Assembly (NCBI GenBank): GCA_965207735.1
Contig: OZ242296.1
Coordinates: 672,001 to 736,000 of the forward strand
DNA: 64,000 nt
Source of the DNA: Candidatus Versatilivorator sp.
Lineage (GTDB): Bacteria; Acidobacteriota; Terriglobia; Versatilivoradales; Versatilivoraceae
Direction: 5' to 3'
Both the position numbers and the translations under genes were made by a program. The notes beneath the pieces were generated by a model. The model made no database searches, was not told the origin of the DNA, and was given only the letters and a program-made list of their open reading frames with translations. Positions 42,955-54,058 of the stretch are shown here, in pieces (position 1 is the first letter of the stretch; each line of letters opens with the position of its first letter).

Positions 42955-44292
42955 ATGAGATTTCTTTCGACCTCTTCCGAGCAGCAGGCCCTCATGCTGA
43001 AGGTCCTGGGACTGCATTCGGTGGAGGACCTGCTTACCTCCATCCCGGAGGCCATTCGTCTCCGCTCCCCGCTCGATCTTCCTCCCGCCCTGAGCGAACC
43101 CGAACTGCTGGCTCGATTTGGAGAGCTGGAAGCCGGAAACGCCCCCGGAATTCTTTCCTTTCTGGGAGCCGGGGTGAATCAGCATTTCATTCCCCTGGTG
43201 ATCGACAGTCTCTGTTCCCGGGGGGAGTTTTTGACTTCCTACACACCCTACCAGGCAGAGATCAGCCAAGGGACCTTGCAGGCCGTCTTTGAGTATCAAA
43301 CCTTCATTTGCCAACTCACCGGAATGGATATCTCCAACGCTTCCATGTACGACGGGAGCACGGCCCTGGCGGAGGCGGTCCTGATGGCCAGGCGAATCTC
43401 GCGTCGAAGGCGAATCCTGATGGCCAGAACGGTCCATCCCGAATACCGGGCGGTGGTGGACACGGTTACCCGCCATCAGGACTTGACCATTCAAGCGGTC
43501 GAATATGGGGAAGACGGACGCATCGATCCGGCGGAGCTGGAGACCCGCCTGGGTGAGGACGTGGCTGCACTGGTGGTCCAGTCGCCGAATTTTCTGGGAA
43601 ACCTGGAGTCCCTGGACATCCTTGCGGATCGGTGTCGGCAACTGGGGGTGCTGCTGGTGGTCAACGTCGCGGAGTTGCTCTCGCTGGGAATCGTGCGGTC
43701 TCCGGGCTCGGTCGGGGCCGACATTGTGTGCGGCGAAGCTCAGTCACTGGGGGTTTCAACCGGTTACGGCGGCCCTCACGTGGGTTTTCTCGCAACTCGA
43801 GAGAAGTTTGTCCGGAATTTGCCGGGCCGCCTGGTGGGACAGACCGTGGACAGGCACGGACAACGAGGTTACGTGTTGACGCTTGCGACCCGGGAACAGC
43901 ACATTCGGCGAGAAAAGGCCACCTCCAACATCTGCACCAACCAGAACCTGACCGCACTGATGGTGACCCTGTTCTGTTCCCTGCTGGGCAAGACGGGAAT
44001 CCGGGAGCTGGCCATCCAGAATGTCGCCAAGGTCCAATACGGGCTTGCCGCCCTGAGAAAGCGCGGTATCGAAATTCTGTTCGAGGGTCCTCGATTCAAT
44101 GAGTTCGTATTGCGGTTGAACCGCCCTTATGAAGAGGCGGCCGAAAGATTCCATGCCGCCGGCGTGGTCCCCGGTCTGCCGCTGAGGGGGTATGAACCTC
44201 GGCTGGAGAACGCGCTGCTGGTTTCGATTACGGAAACAAAGAGCAGACAGGATATCGATCGGCTGGTGGAATTGGTCAAGGCCGCGGCCTGA
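42955..44292 (+). CDS. gcvPA: Glycine dehydrogenase subunit 1
   Basis: YTPYQAEISQG, NASMYDG, TREQHIRREKATSNICTN. Confidence 0.96.
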   Translation: MRFLSTSSEQQALMLKVLGLHSVEDLLTSIPEAIRLRSPLDLPPALSEPELLARFGELEAGNAPGILSFLGAGVNQHFIPLVIDSLCSRGEFLTSYTPYQAEISQGTLQAVFEYQTFICQLTGMDISNASMYDGSTALAEAVLMARRISRRRRILMARTVHPEYRAVVDTVTRHQDLTIQAVEYGEDGRIDPAELETRLGEDVAALVVQSPNFLGNLESLDILADRCRQLGVLLVVNVAELLSLGIVRSPGSVGADIVCGEAQSLGVSTGYGGPHVGFLATREKFVRNLPGRLVGQTVDRHGQRGYVLTLATREQHIRREKATSNICTNQNLTALMVTLFCSLLGKTGIRELAIQNVAKVQYGLAALRKRGIEILFEGPRFNEFVLRLNRPYEEAAERFHAAGVVPGLPLRGYEPRLENALLVSITETKSRQDIDRLVELVKAAA

Positions 44293-44338
44293 TGCCGGTC
44301 CATCGCGCCGATCCTTGCCTCCGAATGAGCACCCACCC

Positions 44339-45844
44339 ATGAAACACGACAGAACCGACAGGCACCTCAACCTGAAGGAGGGGCTGATTTTCGAGCGCAG
44401 CTCCGCGGGTCGCAAGGGCTATGACCTGCCTCGGCTGGACGTTCCTCAGGCAGACCTCGGCGCCGCGTTGGGAACCGACAATCTGAGGGAACCGATCCCC
44501 GGTTTCCCGGAGGTCAGCGAGGTGGATGTGGTGCGGCACTTCACCCGCCTTTCCAGTTGGAATTACAGCATCGATGCCGGCATGTACCCCCTGGGTTCCT
44601 GCACCATGAAGTACAATCCGCGCCTCAACGAGCGGGTAGCGCGGATGGAAGGGCTGGCGACGGCCCATCCTCTGACTCCGGAGTCGCTTGTGCAGGGCAG
44701 TCTGGAAATTCTCGGGCAGTTGGCGGATTGCCTGGCTGAGATCAGTGGCATGGACGCGGTCAGTCTGCAACCGCCTGCCGGCGCCAGCGGAGAGTTGACC
44801 GGCATCCTGATGATCCGCGCCTGTTTGAGCTCACGAGGCAATCCCCGGAGACGGGTTTTGATCCCGGACTCCGCCCACGGAACCAACCCCGCCAGCGCGG
44901 TCATTGCCGGCTACGAGGTTCAATCCTTGAAATCGGACAACCGTGGATGCATCGATCTCGACGGGCTGGACCGGGCCATGAACGATGAGGTCGCGGCCCT
45001 GATGTTGACCAACCCCAACACGCTGGGAATCTTCGAGCAGGACATCGTGAGCATTGCCCGGATCGTGCACGAACGGGGAGGGCTGGTCTACATGGATGGA
45101 GCCAACCTCAACGCCCTGATGGGAATTACACGTCCGGGGAACTTTGGAGCCGATGTCCTCCACATCAATCTGCACAAGACCTTCTCCACGCCTCACGGAG
45201 GCGGCGGGCCGGGCGCCGGCCCGGTGGCGGTAAAACAGGTGCTGGAACCCTTTCTGCCCGCCCCGACCGTGGAGCGGCGCGATGACGGGCGTTACACTCT
45301 TGATCATGACCGTCCGCGCTCCATCGGCAGGGTCAAGGCTTTCTACGGAAACTTCCTGACTCTGGTGCGCGCACTGGCCTATATCCTGGCCAACGGGGCC
45401 GAAGGACTCAGGGAGGCCAGCCAGGTGGCGATTTTGCATGCCAACTACATCAAGCACCATTTGCGGGATGTTTACGAGCTGCCCTATGACGAACCCATCC
45501 TTCACGAAGTGGTGTTTTCAAGCAAGCGGCAGACCCGGAACAACATTACGGTGATGGACCTCGCCAAACGCCTGATGGATTATGGCTTCCACCCCCCCAC
45601 CGTTGCTTTTCCCCTGGTGGTTCAGGGGGCCCTCATGATCGAGCCGACCGAAACCGAGAGCCGGCAGGAGTTGGATCAGTTTATCCAGGCCATGAGATGT
45701 ATTGCCGAGGAGGCCGATACCGATCCTGACCTTCTCAGACAGGCGCCCCATTCCACCCGAGTCAGCCGTCTGGATGAGGTTCAGGCTGCCCGCCGGCCGG
45801 TATTGAGGTGGCTGCCGGAGGAGACAGGAGGCCAGGAGTCTTGA
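44339..45844 (+). CDS. gcvPB: Glycine dehydrogenase subunit 2
   Basis: PLGSCTMKYNP, HINLHKTFSTPHGGGGPG, MIEPTETES. Start placed at ATG 44339. Confidence 0.95.
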   Translation: MKHDRTDRHLNLKEGLIFERSSAGRKGYDLPRLDVPQADLGAALGTDNLREPIPGFPEVSEVDVVRHFTRLSSWNYSIDAGMYPLGSCTMKYNPRLNERVARMEGLATAHPLTPESLVQGSLEILGQLADCLAEISGMDAVSLQPPAGASGELTGILMIRACLSSRGNPRRRVLIPDSAHGTNPASAVIAGYEVQSLKSDNRGCIDLDGLDRAMNDEVAALMLTNPNTLGIFEQDIVSIARIVHERGGLVYMDGANLNALMGITRPGNFGADVLHINLHKTFSTPHGGGGPGAGPVAVKQVLEPFLPAPTVERRDDGRYTLDHDRPRSIGRVKAFYGNFLTLVRALAYILANGAEGLREASQVAILHANYIKHHLRDVYELPYDEPILHEVVFSSKRQTRNNITVMDLAKRLMDYGFHPPTVAFPLVVQGALMIEPTETESRQELDQFIQAMRCIAEEADTDPDLLRQAPHSTRVSRLDEVQAARRPVLRWLPEETGGQES

Positions 45845-45856
45845 GTCGAAACAGCT

Positions 45857-45956
45857 GAATTTCGGATTGTAGATTTCTGATTGTCGATTGGTGAATCACG
45901 ACAACCGACTGTAACGCGATTCCAACATGCAATCTAAAATCATCAATCCACAATTC
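45857..45956. repeat. Inverted arrays of degenerate heptamer repeats
   Basis: GAATTTCGGATTGTAGATTTCTGATTGTCGATTG ... CAATCTAAAATCATCAATCCACAATTC, a potential long hairpin after gcvPB. Confidence 0.65.
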
Positions 45957-45996
45957 ATGTCCTGTTGGTTCGAGGTGCAACCGAGCTAGATTATCC

Positions 45997-46026
45997 TTGA
46001 CAACCGTCGAGGGTCCTCATTATAAA
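45997..46026 (+). promoter_or_regulatory. sigma70-type promoter of groES-EL
   Basis: TTGACA (45997-46002), 18-nt spacer, TATAAA (46021-46026), just upstream of CIRCE. Confidence 0.7.
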
Positions 46027-46035
46027 GGATGTGGC

Positions 46036-46062
46036 TTGGCACTCGATGAATGGGAGTGCTAA
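46036..46062. promoter_or_regulatory. CIRCE operator (HrcA site)
   Basis: TTGGCACTC-N9-GAGTGCTAA, one mismatch from consensus, upstream of groES. Confidence 0.93.
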
Positions 46063-46102
46063 TAACCACGCCTAACTTGCTTATAAATAAGGAGAACACT
46101 CT

Positions 46103-46396
46103 ATGAGTCTTAGACCCCTGCAGGATCGAATCCTAGTCCAGCGCACGGAGGCGGAGGAGACGGTCGGAGGTGGCCTGATCATTCCCGATACAGCCAAGGA
46201 GAAGCCACAGGAAGGCATCGTCAAGGCCGCGGGCAATGGCAAGGTTCTCGAGAACGGCAAGAGATTGGAAATGACACTGAAGTCCGGAGACCGCATCCTG
46301 TTCGGCAAGTATTCCGGCTCCGAGGTGACACTGGATGGCGAGGAGTACCTCATCATGAAGGAAGAGGATGTCCTGGCTGTCCTGGAATCCGAGTGA
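46103..46396 (+). CDS. groES: Co-chaperonin GroES
   Basis: [26 protein letters not shown]; AAGGAG RBS. Confidence 0.98.
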   Translation: MSLRPLQDRILVQRTEAEETVGGGLIIPDTAKEKPQEGIVKAAGNGKVLENGKRLEMTLKSGDRILFGKYSGSEVTLDGEEYLIMKEEDVLAVLESE

Positions 46397-46466
46397 GGCC
46401 GGCTGTACCGGCAGTAGCGTGAAGGCTTTGGCTTTAGATTTCGGGCCTGCGGGCCCGTTTGGATGA

Positions 46467-48107
<1,641 letters not shown>

Positions 48108-48123
48108 GCACCCATTTTCCATG

Positions 48124-48170
48124 AGAGGCGGTCGCGCCGGGCCTGCCGGGGGGACCGCCTCTTCTTCCCT
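48124..48170 (+). terminator. Possible terminator hairpin after groEL
   Basis: Stem AGAGGCGGTC...GACCGCCTCT followed by a pyrimidine run (weak U-tract). Confidence 0.45.
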
Positions 48171-48210
48171 TCACTCTCGACATCCCAACCCACCTCCCTG
48201 CCCTTTTCTC

Positions 48211-48567
48211 ATGAGGTCCTTCACCGGAGCGCGACGGACGGTGACATTGACCGTTCTGGCCAGTCTGGGACTGCTGTTGATCCCTTTCTGCGGCATGGCC
48301 TTTGGGTGCGGCTGTACCTGGCTTTGGGATGGAGCCGCCGCTCACTGCAACGTGTTCCGGCCCGGACCTCCCGATTGTCCCTGGTGCGCCCATGGAGCCG
48401 TGGCGGGCACGGTAGCCACCTTGGGAATCGGCGGCTGCCAACTGCTACTGGCGTTTCTGACCTTGAAAAGAACCGGCCGAACCCTTCCGGCCTGTGTGGT
48501 CGGGGTGTCAACCCTGGTTCCAGCCGCAGTGTTCTTCGCCTGGCTGACACGGCTTTTGGGGCTGTAG
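48211..48567 (+). CDS. Small Cys-rich membrane protein
   Basis: Hydrophobic segments; CGMAFGCGCTWLW...HCN...CPWC motif. Confidence 0.65.
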   Translation: MRSFTGARRTVTLTVLASLGLLLIPFCGMAFGCGCTWLWDGAAAHCNVFRPGPPDCPWCAHGAVAGTVATLGIGGCQLLLAFLTLKRTGRTLPACVVGVSTLVPAAVFFAWLTRLLGL

Positions 48568-48702
48568 TCCAAGGGAGTCGGTTGTTTCAGACAAGCCGGG
48601 CCCCCGCCCCCACGACGGGCGGATCATACAAGAGTGAAACAATGAGTCTTCATGGCCCGTCGGGAACAAGGGCCCTGTCGTGCCGAACCGGTTTTCTACT
48701 GA

Positions 48703-48916
48703 TTGAACATGGATGCACAGGATAAACAGGATAAACAGCACGAGAGTCTGTGCCACAGAAGCAGACCCGCTTGATGATCGGGTGGGTGTTGAAAGTGATC
48801 CAAGAGCCCGGGAGCGGGTTTTGGGAAATCCGTGTTGGAACAGAGGCGATGGTTGAACTCAAGACGGTGGAAACTCTCACCCAATAATCCTGTCCATCCT
48901 GTGCATCCATGTAAAT
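48703..48916 (+). mobile_element. Element bounded by inverted repeats, containing a degraded GxxExxY-like gene
   Basis: Ends ACATGGATGCACAGGAT / ATCCTGTGCATCCATGT. Interior reads MDAQDKQDKQ, then after a frameshift LMIGWVLKVIQEPGSGFWE...MVELKTVETL*. Confidence 0.6.
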
Positions 48917-48991
48917 TAGCCGTCTGACTATGCTTGACTTTGAACGGATGTTCCGCCACCCGGCACAAGGCGTTGTTTCAAATAAACATCA

Positions 48992-49229
48992 GAGCCCTTT
49001 GCAAAATTCACGAGCGGGACCTTTGCCGGGAATGGCCACAAAAGGCACAAAAACACAAAAAGAACCATCGGATGGGCAAGTCTCGAAATCAAGAAACTCG
49101 TTTTGTGCCTTTTGTGCTTTTTGTGGTTTCTGTTGTCTCTTGTGCTTATCGTGGTGAATGCTGGAGCCTGCAGCACATCATCCTTGCCGCCTCAATGTCA
49201 TTCCCGATTGCGATATTTGCAAAAGGCTC
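48992..49229. mobile_element. MITE-like element with an internal inverted CACAAAA array
   Basis: Ends GAGCCCTTTGCAAA / TTTGCAAAAGGCTC; similar end at 61963-61976. Internal CCACAAAAGGCACAAAAACACAAAA ... TTTTGTGCCTTTTGTGCTTTTTGTGG. Confidence 0.55.
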
Positions 49230-49278
49230 ATCCTTGCGTCGGCTTGTGCTTCACTTGGGCTCACCGGCATTTGCTGCC

Positions 49279-49362
49279 GCCGCCTACGCGGCTCGACACC
49301 CATAGGCGACGTTTCCCTGGGCTGACGCCCACGGCTAAGTGCTGCCGCGGCTTCGCCGCTCT
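49279..49362. repeat. REP-like palindromic unit
   Basis: GCCGCCTACGCGGC..TGGGCTGACGCCCACGGCTA..GCCGCGGCTTCGCCGCTC; reverse-complement homologue at 62016-62100. Confidence 0.7.
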
Positions 49363-49459
49363 CAAGGAAGCCGGCTAAAGCAGCATATTCTCAGGCAAGT
49401 CCGGCCCCCGCCCTGGTGTGCGGATCATACATAGAGTGAAACAATCGGAAATCGACCAA

Positions 49460-49587
49460 CCCTTCACGACCTTGGTACCCCGTCGCGGTCAACCTCAGCG
49501 CCTTAGTGCCCCTTCGTCGTTCTTCGTGCCCCTTCGTGGATTTCTTTTTTCTTTTGTCTTTTTTCGTTTGTATCAGACAAGTCCGGT
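49460..49587. repeat. Dispersed repeat; uninterrupted allele of the RT-intron target
   Basis: CCCTTCGTCGTTCTTCG^TGCCCCTTCGTGGAT equals the joined flanks of 57657-59651. Related copy at ~61879-61944. Confidence 0.8.
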
Positions 49588-49644
49588 TCCACCCTGCCGA
49601 TGATTCGACGAACACGATCGATTGTTGTCCGTCAGCACGTTCCC

Positions 49645-49659
49645 GGTGAGGAATGCGGG
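49645..49659 (-). repeat. Solo IS1380-type TIR (1 mismatch)
   Basis: GGTGAGGAATGCGGG. Confidence 0.6.
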
Positions 49660-49741
49660 CTCCCGCGTTGTGTTATGATTCGCTGAAGTTTCTGGACGCT
49701 GATTAGCCAGAGTTTGACCCCTTCGAGGTGGAACAGCCGTC

Positions 49742-50932
49742 ATGGCGACTCTTCTGGATGAGTTTCTTGTTGGAGAGCTGGAATCGTTAAGAAGCAGGAA
49801 GCTCTACCGGGCTCTCAAGGTTCTCGAAGGACAACAACTGCCACAGGCTGAGTTCGATGGGCGGTCGGTGGTGAACCTTTCCTCCAACAACTACCTCGGA
49901 CTGAACACCCATCCCCGCCTGGTTGAAGCCTCACAGCGAGCCCTTCGGCAGTTCGGTGTGGGGTCGGGTGCGGTGAGGACCATCGCCGGGACCATGCGGA
50001 TTCACATGGAGTTGGAAGAGAAGATAGCCCGGTTCAAGCACACTGAGGCCAGCGTCGTCTTTCAATCGGGCTTCACCGCCAACGCCGGCACGGTGTCTTC
50101 GATTCTGGGCAAGGGGGACCTGATCATCTCGGACGAGCTCAACCACGCCAGCATCATCGATGGTTGCCGGCTGTCCCGCGCACAGATTCGGGTATTTCCC
50201 CACAAGAATACCCGGGCGCTGGAGGATATTCTGGCCGAGGTTCAAACGCTGCCCGGCAGGAAACTGGTGGTCACCGACGGCGTATTCTCAATGGATGGCG
50301 ATGTGGCGCCGCTTCCCCAAATCGTGGAATTGGCGGAAACCTACGGCGCCATGATGATGGTGGACGATGCCCACGCCAGCGGGGTCATGGGCACATGCGG
50401 GCGCGGCACGGTGGACCACTTCGGACTGCACGGACGAGTGGATATTCAGGTGGGGACGCTTTCCAAAGCCGTGGGGGCTCTGGGCGGATACGTCTGCGGG
50501 AGCCGCGCTTTGATTGAATACCTGTATCATCGCGCCCGGCCCTTTCTTTTTTCCACCTCTCATCCTCCGGCGGTAGCGGCCTCCTGCCTGGCGGCCTTCG
50601 AGGTCCTGGAAGAGGAGCCCGCCTTGATCGAACGCTTGTGGCAAAACACGCGCTTGTTCAAGGACGGCTTGAGCCGCCTGGGATTCGACACCGGCGCCAG
50701 CGAAACACCCATTACTCCGATCATCGTCGGCCAGGGAGAACTGGCAATGAAATTTTCCGACCAGCTCTTCGAGGAGGGTGTGTTCGCTCAGGGCATTGGA
50801 TATCCGACCGTACCGGAGGAAAAGTCTCGCATTCGCACCATTGTGACCGCCACCCATACCCGGGAACAGCTGGAGTTCGCCCTGGAGACTCTCGCCAGAG
50901 TCGGCCGCCGGCTGGAGATCATTCCGGCGTAA
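49742..50932 (+). CDS. kbl: Glycine C-acetyltransferase / AONS-family PLP enzyme
   Basis: NLSSNNYLGL, GSGAVRTIAGT, SDELNHASIIDG, DDAH, GTLSKA. A bioF-like function is not excluded. Confidence 0.8.
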   Translation: MATLLDEFLVGELESLRSRKLYRALKVLEGQQLPQAEFDGRSVVNLSSNNYLGLNTHPRLVEASQRALRQFGVGSGAVRTIAGTMRIHMELEEKIARFKHTEASVVFQSGFTANAGTVSSILGKGDLIISDELNHASIIDGCRLSRAQIRVFPHKNTRALEDILAEVQTLPGRKLVVTDGVFSMDGDVAPLPQIVELAETYGAMMMVDDAHASGVMGTCGRGTVDHFGLHGRVDIQVGTLSKAVGALGGYVCGSRALIEYLYHRARPFLFSTSHPPAVAASCLAAFEVLEEEPALIERLWQNTRLFKDGLSRLGFDTGASETPITPIIVGQGELAMKFSDQLFEEGVFAQGIGYPTVPEEKSRIRTIVTATHTREQLEFALETLARVGRRLEIIPA

Positions 50933-50942
50933 CGGAGGCAAG

Positions 50943-51063
50943 CCCGCATTTCTCACAGGAGGGCGCACCCCGTGTAACCGAAAACCGTCCAATTGCACCA
51001 ACAAGTTGTTGAAAACAAACGGTGGCTCCACGATTCATCCAGCGACCCGGCGAGAAGTGCGGG
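50943..51063. mobile_element. 121-bp intron-free MITE with IS1380-type ends
   Basis: CCCGCATTTCTCAC ... CCAGCGACCCGGCGAGAAGTGCGGG; right subterminal region matches 6185-6209. Confidence 0.8.
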
Positions 51064-51139
51064 CTATGCTGCTTCCCCGCCCTCCTTTGACCCCATTGAC
51101 GACTCCTGACCGGTCGATACCCGGGAAGAAAGGAATGCC

Positions 51140-52324
51140 ATGAAAGAGTTCAATCCCCCGAAGCGCATCCTGATGGGCCCTGGTCCCAGCGACGCCGACC
51201 CCCGTGTGCTTCGTGCGCTGTCCGCCCCGCTGGTGGGTCATTTGGACCCCGCATTCCTGGGAGTTATGGATGAGATCCAGCAGTTGCTGCGGGCGGTTTT
51301 CGAGACCGGCAATCGCTTGACGATTCCCATTTCCGCCACCGGCAGCGCCGGAATGGAGGCCGCCTTCGTGAACCTGGTCGAGCCGGGCGACGGGGTGGTG
51401 GTGTGTGTGAACGGAGTCTTCGGTGAGCGGATGAGCGATATCGTCACCCGCTGCGGAGGCAAGCTGACTCGGGTGGAAGCCGAATGGGGCCGCGGCCTTG
51501 ACATGGAGGAAGTCCGGCAAACCTTGCAACGAACCCGCCCCAGGATCCTGGCGGCTGTGCAGGCGGAAACCTCTACCGGAGTATTGACCCCGCCAGCCAA
51601 GCTGAGAGAGGTGTTGAACGAATTCCCTGATACCCTGCTGCTGCTGGACTGTGTCACCTCACTGGGCGGTCATCCCGTGGAAATCGATCGACATGGGGTC
51701 GATTTCGCCTACAGTGGCACCCAGAAGTGCTTGAGCTGTCCCCCGGGCTTGGCTCCCATTACGGTCTCGGACCGGGGCGTGAAAAGGATTCGACAGAGAA
51801 AAACCAAGGTGCAGAGTTGGTATCTGGATCTGACCATGGTTGAAAAGTACTGGGGTTCAGACCGGACCTATCACCACACGGCCCCGATTTCCATGAACTA
51901 TGCGCTACGGGAGTCCCTGCGCCTGGTCGTCGAGGAAGGGCTCCGGAACCGCTTTGATCGCCATCGCTTGAATCATCAAGCCCTGGTAGCCGGGGTGGAA
52001 GCCATGGGGTTGGAGATGCTGGTCCGACCGGAAGACCGTCTATGGGTCTTGAATACCGTCCGGGTGCCCGATGGAGTTTCGGATGCCGCCGTGCGCTCCC
52101 GGCTGCTGAGCGATTTCGGTATCGAGATCGGTGGTGGGTTGGGGCCGCTGAAGGACAGGGTCTGGCGGGTGGGGTTGATGGGTACCTCTTCCCATCCGAA
52201 CAACGTGCTGATGTTGCTGAATGCCCTGGAGCGCATTCTCAGACAGGAAGGGATCCGGCTGGCCCCGGGCAGCGGTGTGGAGGCTGCTTCGGCGGTCTTC
52301 GACCGGCAGGAACCCCCGGTTTGA
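51140..52324 (+). CDS. Alanine-glyoxylate/serine-pyruvate aminotransferase (class V PLP)
   Basis: [40 protein letters not shown]. Confidence 0.92.
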   Translation: MKEFNPPKRILMGPGPSDADPRVLRALSAPLVGHLDPAFLGVMDEIQQLLRAVFETGNRLTIPISATGSAGMEAAFVNLVEPGDGVVVCVNGVFGERMSDIVTRCGGKLTRVEAEWGRGLDMEEVRQTLQRTRPRILAAVQAETSTGVLTPPAKLREVLNEFPDTLLLLDCVTSLGGHPVEIDRHGVDFAYSGTQKCLSCPPGLAPITVSDRGVKRIRQRKTKVQSWYLDLTMVEKYWGSDRTYHHTAPISMNYALRESLRLVVEEGLRNRFDRHRLNHQALVAGVEAMGLEMLVRPEDRLWVLNTVRVPDGVSDAAVRSRLLSDFGIEIGGGLGPLKDRVWRVGLMGTSSHPNNVLMLLNALERILRQEGIRLAPGSGVEAASAVFDRQEPPV

Positions 52325-52354
52325 GAGCGGATCGCCCCGCGGGCTTTATCCAGG

Positions 52355-54056
52355 TCAATCGCCGGCCGGTCCGCGGTGAGTCAGCCTGCCGAAAACACCC
52401 GGGTCCAATTCAGGACGCCGACGGGACTCTCCCACTTCCCAGACCGTCAGGTAGACCAGTTTCAGGATGCTCTCCAGCTTGCTGAAGTTGATCTTGTCTG
52501 CCGTATCGGTGGCTCGATGGTAGTCGGGATGAAAGCCGGTGAACAGGAATAGCGCAGGAATTCCCCGCTTCAGGAAGGGCCAGTGGTCGCTGCGGCGCAT
52601 CAAGTCCATGGACTTGGGTTCCGAGGGAAATCTCAGATCCAGGCCGGTCTTGGCGTTGCTGCGCTCGACGAAGTCCCGCAGCATGGGTGCAACCGATGCT
52701 CCGAAGATGTTGAGCGAGTTTCGGTTGTCCTTTTCTCTTTGGCCGGGGAGGTCACCGACGAGATTGGCCCCGTGCTGGGCATTCCGGCCGATCATGTCCA
52801 TCTGGAACATGGCCACCGTCTGTTGGAGCGGCACCGGAGGGCGCCTGACGTAGTCTCGAGAGCCCAGCAGTCCGATTTCTTCCGCGCCCCAAGCCGCCAG
52901 CAGAATGCTTCTCCCGGGTTTGGCCGGGTTTCTTAGAAAGGCTTCCGAAAGTTCTAGTAGCGCCGTAGTGCCGGAAGCGTTGTCGTCGGCTCCCCAAAAG
53001 ATCCGGCCCTCCTTGTCGACACCCATGTGATCGTGATGGGCTCCCAGGATGATGAACTCGTCCTTGAGAACGGGGTCCGATCCCGGAATATGCCCCACCA
53101 CGTTGTACCCCTGGAATCGCCGCCTTCTGTAAGAGACCTGGATTCGCACTTGTCCCTGGAGAGAAAAGCTCCGCGGGTGTCCCGTCTCATCGATCCGGTC
53201 CTGTAGCTGCCCGAGGGACCTGGACGGGTTTTCGGGTCCGTCCCCTTGACGCAGAAGTCGTTCTCCGGCCGAGAAAGTCATCCTCACCACCGGAATGGAG
53301 AGGGCATCCAGCCGGTCCGACAGGTAGGCCCTGGCGTGGCGAAAGTTGGAACTCAGAGAAGGAAGTTCCTCTCCCCGGGCCTGAATGAGCACAACGCCGC
53401 ACGCCCCCCGGGCCGCGGCCCCAAGGGACTTCTCCACGGGGTCGGAGTAGTCGGTCGGTCCAACCTGGCGAAAGGCAATGTCGGGAGGCACCCCGCTGAG
53501 CATGATCGCGACCTTGTCCTGAAGTTCGATTCCTTGGAAATCGTCATAGTCTAGACCGGGTGCCGTCAGCCCGTATCCCACAAAGGCGGCTTGCTTGCCT
53601 TGGACCGTTCCATCCGGTCCCCAGGAGGCCGGCAGAAAATCCTCACCGGTCTTGAAGGAAACCATCGAGGCGCCGGCGCTTGCGAATTCCAGTAGACCGG
53701 ACTCTCGCGGAAGCGCCCGGCTGATCCCAAAGGAGTGTAGGAAGTCAGTGGCATGGGGGGGCCGGGAGCAGGCCATTGGCCTCGAAGACACTGGCGATGT
53801 AGGCCGCGGTGAGCTCGGCCTCGGGGCTGCCGGTTGCCCGGCCCTTGAAATGAGAGGACGCCAGAAACTTCAGCCTGGCCCGGATGCGTTCCTGCCGGAT
53901 TGATTTCAATCCGGGGGCAATCTTTTCAAAGGAGACTGCCTCGAGTTGGCCGGGCAGCAGGAGCCCAAGAACGAGGCCGGCCAGCAGCCAGCGAGACGAG
54001 ATGAGGTAGCGTGATGTGAATTGCGTGGCGCCCTCCTGTTCTCCTGCGGTCGGCAT
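52355..54056 (-). pseudogene. Secreted PA-domain M28 peptidase, frameshifted at a C7 run
   Basis: 5' part has a signal peptide and FLASSHFKGRATGS; 3' part has VGYG, GAHHDHMG, GADDNASG, AEEIGLLGS, RSDH, DYH. The frames join if one base of the run at 53755-53761 is removed. Confidence 0.82.
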
Positions 54057-54058
54057 GG

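Noticed and set aside
48570-49660. Possible CRISPR array
   Set aside because: The repeats are heterogeneous inverted repeats with no constant repeat-spacer period.
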